From positions 2,280,001 to 2,312,000 of the forward strand of contig NC_008340.1 of assembly GCF_000014785.1 (NCBI RefSeq): a stretch of 32,000 nucleotides of DNA, in the 5' to 3' direction. The translations under genes and the position numbers were made by a program. This DNA comes from Alkalilimnicola ehrlichii MLHE-1 (GTDB lineage Bacteria > Pseudomonadota > Gammaproteobacteria > Nitrococcales > Halorhodospiraceae). How positions within the stretch are numbered: position 1 is the stretch's first letter; every line of letters starts with the position of its first letter. The notes beneath the pieces were generated by a model. That model was given only the letters and a program-made list of their open reading frames with translations. It did no database searches and was not told the DNA's origin. This document shows positions 26,309 through 32,000 of this stretch, piece after piece.

Positions 26309-27056
26309 CCATCACCCAGGCACCGACCCGACGAGCCAGACGCTCTACGCATTAACGGGGGTTGCGGTCCGCTATCCTGGGGGGAGGGTCGCGCTCAGAG
26401 AGGTCGATCTGCAGATCACCGCCGGTGAGCGGATAGTCCTGCTGGGCACCAATGGCTGTGGCAAAAGCACGCTGCTCAAGGTGCTCAACGGTCTGATTCC
26501 TCCCTGCGAGGGCAGACTCTGCTTTGAGGGTAAGCGGATGGGCCCGGCGCTCCGGGATCGTGACTGGGAGCGGGCCTTTCGTCGTCGGGTGGCCCTGATG
26601 TTCCAGCATCCAGAGGCCATGCTGTTCAACCCGACGGTCGCCGAGGAGATCGCTTATGGGCTGGGTCATCTGACCCGGGAAAGCCGGCGGAGACGCTGCC
26701 AGACATGGGCGAACCGCCTGGGTTTGGCCCACCTGCTGGATGCTCCACCGTCACAGCTCTCCGGTGGGGAGAAGCAGCGCCTCTGCCTGGCCTGCCTGCT
26801 GGCACCGGAACCGGAGGTGCTCCTCCTGGATGAGCCCACCGCCAACCTGGACCCACGGACCACGGGCTGGCTGCTCGAGTGGCTGGCCACTCAGGCAATG
26901 ACAACCGTGGTGGCCACCCATTACCTGCCCAGCGCCTCCGACCTGGGCGAGCGGGCCATCGTCCTCGGAGAAGATCACCGGGTTGTGTTCGACGGCCCTG
27001 TGAAGGCCGCGTTGGCCGACCGCGCCTTGCTGCTCGCCAACAACCTCGCCTACTGA
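26298..27056 (+). CDS. nikO: ECF/ABC transporter ATPase NikO/CbiO
   Basis: Walker A GTNGCGKST, signature LSGGEKQR, Walker B LLLDEPT. Its start overlaps the nikQ 3' end by 11 nt. Confidence 0.92.
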   Translation: MSADHHPGTDPTSQTLYALTGVAVRYPGGRVALREVDLQITAGERIVLLGTNGCGKSTLLKVLNGLIPPCEGRLCFEGKRMGPALRDRDWERAFRRRVALMFQHPEAMLFNPTVAEEIAYGLGHLTRESRRRRCQTWANRLGLAHLLDAPPSQLSGGEKQRLCLACLLAPEPEVLLLDEPTANLDPRTTGWLLEWLATQAMTTVVATHYLPSASDLGERAIVLGEDHRVVFDGPVKAALADRALLLANNLAY

Positions 27057-27097
27057 ACGGCAGACGGCCCTGGCGCAATGGGGTGGCTAACACGCCC

Positions 27098-27298
27098 TCA
27101 GTTAGGCGGCCCCGGCGGCTCCTCACTGCGGTCGGAGAGGAAGAAGTACATCCCCACGCCGGCCAACAACACCCAGAGCACCAACACCCCCACCCCCAAC
27201 CGCTCCCAGAGCGGCCCGACGAACAGGAGCACGAGTACCGACAAGCCGAGAAAGAGGTGGCCCAGGGTCATGTGATGTGATGTCTTTCCATCCGCCAT
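27098..27298 (-). CDS. Hypothetical small membrane protein (two predicted TM helices)
   Basis: MADGKTSHHMTLGHLFLGLSVLVLLFVGPLWERLGVGVLVLWVLLAGVGMYFFL... The ATG at 27298 lies 1 nt after the ogt stop codon (27300-27302). No homologue recognised. Confidence 0.4.
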   Translation of the reverse strand: MADGKTSHHMTLGHLFLGLSVLVLLFVGPLWERLGVGVLVLWVLLAGVGMYFFLSDRSEEPPGPPN

Positions 27299-27299
27299 A

Positions 27300-27782
27300 T
27301 CAGCTCCGTAACGAACTTTCATGGTCCAGCAGCCAGCGTTTCAGGGCCAGCGAGCCCTCCCGTCCGACACCTGCGCTGAACCCGCCCAATCCCTGCCGGG
27401 CAACCACCCGATGGCAGGGGATGAGAAGGAGCAGCGGGTTGGCCGCGCAGGCCCCACCCACGGCGCGGGGCGCACTGCCCAGTCGCTCCGCCAGTTCCCC
27501 GTAGGTCTGGCTTTGCCCCGCTGGAATAGTGCGCAGAAGCGACCAGACCCGTTGCTGATAGGGCGTACCTGATGGGGCAAGGGGAAGATCCAAGGGCGTA
27601 CGCGGGTCGGCAAACCAAGCGCTCAAGCGCGTGCAAGCCCGCTCCGCCAGCGGGTGGCGGCACGACTCCGAGTGCCCGTCAGCCCCTTCGACCCAGGCAA
27701 CGCCGTTCAAGGCCCGGTCATCACCACTGAGGACCAATCGGCCGATAGGCGTCTCCAGCGTACAACGCCAAGGGGACGTCAC
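27300..27782 (-). CDS. ogt: Methylated-DNA--protein-cysteine methyltransferase
   Basis: Active-site motif IPCHRVV, with the upstream helix-turn-wing region (TYGELAERLGSAPRAVGGACAANP). GTG start at 27782, with GGAG 8 nt upstream. Confidence 0.9.
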   Translation of the reverse strand: MTSPWRCTLETPIGRLVLSGDDRALNGVAWVEGADGHSESCRHPLAERACTRLSAWFADPRTPLDLPLAPSGTPYQQRVWSLLRTIPAGQSQTYGELAERLGSAPRAVGGACAANPLLLLIPCHRVVARQGLGGFSAGVGREGSLALKRWLLDHESSLRS

Positions 27783-27873
27783 GTGTCATACTCCGCCGGC
27801 AAGGCACCAGCCCGGGCCAACACCGCCTGGGCGGGCGCACCCAATGCGCCTCGGTGGCCTGTCCTGACAGGCT

Positions 27874-29751
27874 TCAGAACAGGTCCGGGGCCTCCTGCTC
27901 GTCCCTATCGCGGGGCTGTAACGGCCGCTCCCGCGGGGTAATCCAGTCACCGGTCACCATCTCCTTGTAGCCGGCACCCGGCCCCACCATGGGCAGCACC
28001 GAGGCCTCGGGGTCAATCAGGACCTCCAGGAAGGCCGGACCGTCGAAGTTGAGGAAGGCCTTGAGTGCCTCCGTCACTTCGGCCTTGTCGCTGACCCGGC
28101 GCGCGAACTCGAAGCCATCCGACTCGGCACACTTGATGAAGTCCTTCCGGTGCAGGGACTTGTCGGAGCCGGAGAAGCGGTCGCCGAAATACAGCCGCTG
28201 CCACTGGCGCACCATGCCATCGCCGCAGTTGTTCAACAGCAGGACCTTGACCGGCAGGCCGTAGGTGGTGGCGGTCTCCAACTCGCCCAGGTTCATGCGC
28301 AGGCTGCCATCGCCGTCCACGTCGATGACCAGGGCGTCCGGGCGGGCGAACTGGGCGCCGATGGCGGCGGGCAGCCCAAAGCCCATGGTGCCCATACTGC
28401 CGGAGGTGAGCCACAGCCGCGGCTCCCGGAAGTCGCAGTACTGGGCCGCCCACATCTGGTGCTGGCCTACGCCGGTGGCCACAATCGCCCGCCCGTCGGT
28501 GAGCTTGTTCATCTCCTCGATGACGTAGTGGGGCTGAATGAGTTCGCTCTCCCGGTCGTAGTCCATGCCGTGGCGCTCGCGCAGGGCGGTGCAGTGGTCC
28601 AGCCAGGGCTGGAACTCGCCCTTGAAGCCCATGGACTCGCCATAACGCAGCAGCTGGCGCAGGCTCCGCCCGGCCTCGCCCACATGGGCCCAGTCCACCG
28701 ATTTAACCTTGCCGATCTCGGCGGCGTCGATGTCGATGTGCGCGATCTGCTCGGCCAGGGGCGCGAACTCCGCCACCTTTCCGGCCACGCGATCGTCAAA
28801 GCGCGAGCCCACGGCGATCAGGAAGTCACAGTCCTCGACGGCGTAGTTGGCGTGGGCGAACCCGTGCATGCCGAGCATGCCCATACAAAGTTCGTCGGTG
28901 GTATCCACAGCGCCCAGCCCCATCAGGGTGGTCACCACCGGGATGCGGAAGGTACGAGCAAACTCGCGAAGCTGCTCGGCCGCATTGCCGTTGATCACGC
29001 CCCCGCCGGCATAGATCAGGGGCCGGCGGGAGCGCTCCAGCATTTCAAAGAACTGGCGACACTTGCGGTCGGAGAGCTTGGCCGAGCGCAGCGACTCCAT
29101 ACGCTGGCGGTAGCCGCGCATGTCCAGCAACCCGCTGCCCTGGAACTGGCCAATCCAGTTCTGCGAGTCCTTGGGCACGTCCACCACCACCGGCCCCGGC
29201 CGGCCGGAACGGGCCACCTCGAAGGCGGTGCGGATGGTGGCCTCCAACTGCTCGGGCTTGGTCACCAGGAAGACGTGTTTGGCGCAAGCCCCCATGATGT
29301 TGACGATGGGCGCCTCCTGGAAAGCGTCGGTGCCCATGGCGTGGGTGGGCACCTGCCCGGTGATGGCCACCACCGGCACGGAGTCGGCCATGCAATCGCG
29401 GATGGGGGTGACGGTGTTGGTCGCCCCCGGGCCGGAGGTCACCATGAACACCCCCACCTTGCCACTGGCCCGCGCGTAGCCCGCGGCCATGAAACCGGCA
29501 CCCTGCTCGTTGGCGGGCACGATCAGCTTGATGGGATCGTCCCCGGCGCCCGCCGGGCGGTGCCGCTCGTTGAAGCGGAAGATCGCGTCGTAGGTGGGGA
29601 GGATGGCGCCGCCGCTGTAACCGAATACCGTGTCGACACCTTCCTGGGCCAGTACCTCTACGATCATGTCGGAACCGGACATGGTCTGGCCGGCCATGGG
29701 ATGAACCTGGTTGTCGGTGTACTCTTCGGTCTTCGCGGTTGCGCTGTCCAT
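27874..29751 (-). CDS. Acetolactate synthase (AHAS) large-subunit-like ThDP/FAD enzyme
   Basis: Motifs include GYSGGAILPTYD, NEQGAGFMAAGYARASGKVGVFMVTSGPGATN, ITGQVPTHAMGTDAFQEAPIV, SGRPGPVVVDVPKD and the ThDP motif GSMGTMGFGLPAAIGA...DGDGS...NN. The start is uncertain. The first ATG at 29751 is used here. Alternatives are a GTG at 29796 and ATGs at 29697 and 29682. Confidence 0.85.
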   Translation of the reverse strand: MDSATAKTEEYTDNQVHPMAGQTMSGSDMIVEVLAQEGVDTVFGYSGGAILPTYDAIFRFNERHRPAGAGDDPIKLIVPANEQGAGFMAAGYARASGKVGVFMVTSGPGATNTVTPIRDCMADSVPVVAITGQVPTHAMGTDAFQEAPIVNIMGACAKHVFLVTKPEQLEATIRTAFEVARSGRPGPVVVDVPKDSQNWIGQFQGSGLLDMRGYRQRMESLRSAKLSDRKCRQFFEMLERSRRPLIYAGGGVINGNAAEQLREFARTFRIPVVTTLMGLGAVDTTDELCMGMLGMHGFAHANYAVEDCDFLIAVGSRFDDRVAGKVAEFAPLAEQIAHIDIDAAEIGKVKSVDWAHVGEAGRSLRQLLRYGESMGFKGEFQPWLDHCTALRERHGMDYDRESELIQPHYVIEEMNKLTDGRAIVATGVGQHQMWAAQYCDFREPRLWLTSGSMGTMGFGLPAAIGAQFARPDALVIDVDGDGSLRMNLGELETATTYGLPVKVLLLNNCGDGMVRQWQRLYFGDRFSGSDKSLHRKDFIKCAESDGFEFARRVSDKAEVTEALKAFLNFDGPAFLEVLIDPEASVLPMVGPGAGYKEMVTGDWITPRERPLQPRDRDEQEAPDLF

Positions 29752-29896
29752 GGTGTGCTCGATTACCTGTTGCGGATTGACGGTCGGCCCTGCCACCGGC
29801 CTGCAGACCAGTCAGGGTGACCCACCATGATACGGCGCTGCCCGGCAAACTGGAACCCGCGGCGTAATGTCACCTCGTGACACGCGATTCGTGAGG

Positions 29897-30292
29897 TCAG
29901 CCACTGCGCTTCAGATCGAGGCAGACGGAGTTGATGCAGTAGCGCAGGCCGGTGGGCATGGGGCCGTCCGGGAAGACATGACCGAGATGGGCATCACAAC
30001 GGGCGCACCGGACCTCCTCACGCACCATCCCCAGACTGCGGTCCTCCAGGATGCGCAGGTGATCGTCCGAAATCGGCGCCCAGAAGCTGGGCCAGCCGGA
30101 GCCGGAGTCATACTTGGCCCTGCTGGAGAACAACGGCGCATCACAGCACACGCAGTGATAGGTGCCCGGCTCCTTGCAATGGTAGTAGGCGCCGGAGAAC
30201 GGTTGCTCCGTGCCCCCCTGGCGACAAACCGCGTATTGCTCATCCGTCAATTGCGCCCGCCACTCGGCATCGCTCTTCTCCACCTCAACCAT
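29897..30292 (-). CDS. msrB: Peptide-methionine (R)-S-oxide reductase MsrB
   Basis: 131 aa with two CxxC Zn pairs ([21 protein letters not shown]) and the catalytic RYCINS motif. GGAGGAG lies 7 nt upstream of the ATG. Confidence 0.95.
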   Translation of the reverse strand: MVEVEKSDAEWRAQLTDEQYAVCRQGGTEQPFSGAYYHCKEPGTYHCVCCDAPLFSSRAKYDSGSGWPSFWAPISDDHLRILEDRSLGMVREEVRCARCDAHLGHVFPDGPMPTGLRYCINSVCLDLKRSG

Positions 30293-30365
30293 GATCTCTC
30301 TCCTCCTGCTGTTCGGTCGGGAGGGCGTTTGGCCCCTGCGCGCTCTTTACCCCGGAAGCATGGCG

Positions 30366-31091
30366 CTAGTCGCACGCGATCGCCACCAGCCGGGGCAGCC
30401 ATTCCGCCGCCTTGCCCCGCAGGCGGTAGAGGGTGCGCCCCTTCAGGGGGGTGGGTTCCGGGTTGATCTCCACCACCGGAACGCCGGCGGCCAGGGCCTC
30501 CGCCGGCAGCGAGGCCGCCGGCTGAACCAACGTCGATGTGCCCACGCTGAGCACCAGGTCCGCCTCGGAGACGGCGCCAAGGGCGCGCCGCAGGGCCGGC
30601 TCCGGGAGCATCTCACCGAACCAGACCACGTCGGGCCGCAGCGGACCGCCGCACTGGGCACAGACCCGCGCCGGCGTCTCCGCCCGCTCACCACAATGGT
30701 GGCAGCGGTCGCGGTCGATCCGGCCGTGCAGTTCCACCACGTTCCGGCTACCGGCCCGCTGGTGCAGCCCGTCCACGTTCTGGGTGACGATCACCAGCGC
30801 TGCACACGCCGCCTCCCAGCGCGCCAGCGCCTGGTGCCCGGCGTGGGGCCGGGCCTTGGCCACCTGCTCCCGGCGCCAGGCGTACCAGTCCAGCACCCGT
30901 TGTGGATGGCGCTCAAAGGCCTCCGGGGTGGCCAGTTCCACGGGGTCGAACCGGGCCCACAGACCGCTCTGCGCCTCCCGGAAGGTGGGCACGCCGCTCT
31001 CGGCGGACATGCCGGCGCCGGTGAGCACCACCGGCCGGCGAGCGCCCCGCAGGTGTTCCATCAGGTCCGTATCAAGGGGCACGTTGGCCAC
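30366..31091 (-). CDS. cobB: NAD-dependent protein deacylase (Sir2/CobB family)
   Basis: Motifs LTGAGMSAESGVPTFR, TQNVDGLH, the Zn ribbon CHHCG...CAQCGG and VVWFGE. GTG start at 31091 with GGGAG 6 nt upstream. An alternative ATG at 31061 exists. Confidence 0.88.
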   Translation of the reverse strand: MANVPLDTDLMEHLRGARRPVVLTGAGMSAESGVPTFREAQSGLWARFDPVELATPEAFERHPQRVLDWYAWRREQVAKARPHAGHQALARWEAACAALVIVTQNVDGLHQRAGSRNVVELHGRIDRDRCHHCGERAETPARVCAQCGGPLRPDVVWFGEMLPEPALRRALGAVSEADLVLSVGTSTLVQPAASLPAEALAAGVPVVEINPEPTPLKGRTLYRLRGKAAEWLPRLVAIACD

Positions 31092-31165
31092 ATCCCACTC
31101 CCGCTTTCGCTACAATGGCCCACCGCGACAGCATGACCCATCAGCCAGAGGGAACCCAAGCGATC

Positions 31166-32000
31166 ATGAGCGAGATCATCCTCATCAACGTCTCCGGCCA
31201 GGACCAACCCGGGCTTACCTCCTCGCTGATGGGCATCCTGGCCGAATACAACGTGGGCATCCTGGATATCGGCCAGGCGATGATCCATGACACCCTCTCC
31301 CTCGGCATCCTCATCGAGGTGCCGGAGGAGGCCAATGTCTCGCCGGTGCTCAAGGATGTGCTCTTCCACCTGCATGAGAAGGGGATGCAGGTGCGCTTCA
31401 CCCCGGTCAGCGCCGAGGACTACAGCGCCTGGGTGGCCGGGGCCGGCCGCGCCCGTTACATCATCACCCTGCTGGGCCGGCGGATCACCGCCGAGCAGAT
31501 CGCCCGCATCGCCAGTGTGATCAGCGCCCAGGGCCAGAACATCGAGGATGTCATCCGGCTCTCCGGCCGCCGCCCCCTGCACAAGGCGGATGAACGCTCC
31601 CGCGCCTGTATCGAGCTGACGGTGCGCGGCCAGCCGGTGGACCTGGATACCATGAAGCGGGACTTTCTGGAGATCTCCGGCCAACTGGGCATCGATATCT
31701 CCTTCCAGGAGGACAACGTCTATCGTCGCAACCGGCGCCTGGTGGCCTTCGACATGGATTCCACCCTGATCCAGCAGGAGGTCATTGACGAGATGGCCAA
31801 GGCGGCGGGCGTGGGCGATCAGGTTTCGGCGGTGACCGCGGCCGCCATGCGCGGCGAGATCGATTTCAAGGAGAGCCTGCGCCAGCGGGTGGCCTGTCTG
31901 GAGGGGCTGCCGGAGTCCACCCTGCGGAGCGTGGCCGACCGCCTGACCCTCACCGAGGGGGCGGAACGCCTGGTGCGCACCCTGAAAAGCTTTGGCTACC
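31166..32000 (+). CDS. serB: Phosphoserine phosphatase SerB with N-terminal ACT-type domains (5' part, runs off the window)
   Basis: My own translation from the ATG at 31166 is open to the end of the window. It reads MSEIILINVSGQDQPGLTSSLMGILAEYNVGILDIGQAMIHDTLSLGILIEV..., then HAD motif I FDMDSTLIQQEVID. An in-frame ATG at 31133 is the alternative start. TACAAT at 31111-31116 could serve as a -10 box. Confidence 0.85.
   Translation, partial: MSEIILINVSGQDQPGLTSSLMGILAEYNVGILDIGQAMIHDTLSLGILIEVPEEANVSPVLKDVLFHLHEKGMQVRFTPVSAEDYSAWVAGAGRARYIITLLGRRITAEQIARIASVISAQGQNIEDVIRLSGRRPLHKADERSRACIELTVRGQPVDLDTMKRDFLEISGQLGIDISFQEDNVYRRNRRLVAFDMDSTLIQQEVIDEMAKAAGVGDQVSAVTAAAMRGEIDFKESLRQRVACLEGLPESTLRSVADRLTLTEGAERLVRTLKSFGY

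Noticed and set aside
27834-27872. Two short GC hairpins (GGCGCA-CCCAA-TGCGCC and GCCTGT-CCTG-ACAGGC) just after the AHAS-like stop, considered as a terminator
   Set aside because: The stems are only 6 bp and no U-tract follows on the minus-strand transcript. ogt follows 50 nt later with its own SD, so read-through is likely. Not called as a terminator.
28150-29820. 556-aa plus-strand ORF, the longest unassigned ORF in the track
   Set aside because: It lies exactly antisense to the well-supported AHAS-like gene. The translation is low-complexity (G/A/H/V/L/R/P runs) with no recognisable motif. This is a typical shadow ORF in high-GC DNA.
31061-31684. 207-aa minus-strand ORF
   Set aside because: It is antisense to serB, whose translation shows clear ACT and HAD motifs. 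Its sequence is low-complexity and rich in Gly, Asp and His.
1-32000. Mobile elements, CRISPR arrays, tRNA/rRNA genes, and toxin-antitoxin or defence systems
   Set aside because: I saw no transposase, integrase or phage-like translations in any frame. I also saw no spaced direct repeats and no tRNA-like or rRNA-like segments. The window appears to be stable chromosomal or megaplasmid DNA.

Overview
GC-rich proteobacterial chromosomal segment dominated by a complete membrane-bound [NiFe] uptake hydrogenase regulon of the O2-tolerant type. There are 22 co-directional genes on the minus strand (21400 down to 33), and most junctions are translationally coupled. They are hupSLCDFGHIJK (structural genes plus MBH-specific maturation), hypABFCDE plus hypX (general and aerobic maturation), hoxA/hupR (NtrC-type activator carrying GAFTGA), hupUV (H2-sensing regulatory hydrogenase), hupT/hoxJ (histidine kinase) and nikR as the last cistron. 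The order is collinear with the Cupriavidus necator hoxKGZMLOQRTV-hypA1B1F1CDEX-hoxABCJ arrangement, with nikR added at the end. A predicted six-gene outer-membrane-to-cytoplasm nickel import pathway is transcribed divergently on the plus strand (21812-27056). It comprises a TonB-dependent receptor, a DUF4198/CbiK-NikK-like periplasmic protein, a small His-rich anchored protein, NikM, NikQ and NikO. The 411-bp divergent control region (21401-21811) is the most interesting non-coding stretch. It holds two near-identical sigma54-like TGGC(R)TG-N4-TTGT boxes, one facing each operon, plus an A-tract. It also holds a perfect 7-N15-7 palindrome (GTTATGA/TCATAAC) resembling a NikR operator that overlaps the plus-strand box. 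The right-hand 5 kb looks like housekeeping. On the minus strand it carries a small 2-TM ORF, ogt, an orphan acetolactate-synthase large-subunit-like gene, msrB and a Sir2/CobB deacylase. On the plus strand it carries the 5' part of an ACT-domain serB. I saw no tRNA, rRNA, CRISPR array, transposase, integrase or phage genes. Many long ORFs in the supplied track are antisense or shadow ORFs typical of high-GC DNA, or 5'-extended versions of real genes. Starts were re-set where overlap geometry, Shine-Dalgarno sequences or conserved N-termini supported it. All functional calls rest on motif recognition in the translations, since no database search was possible.
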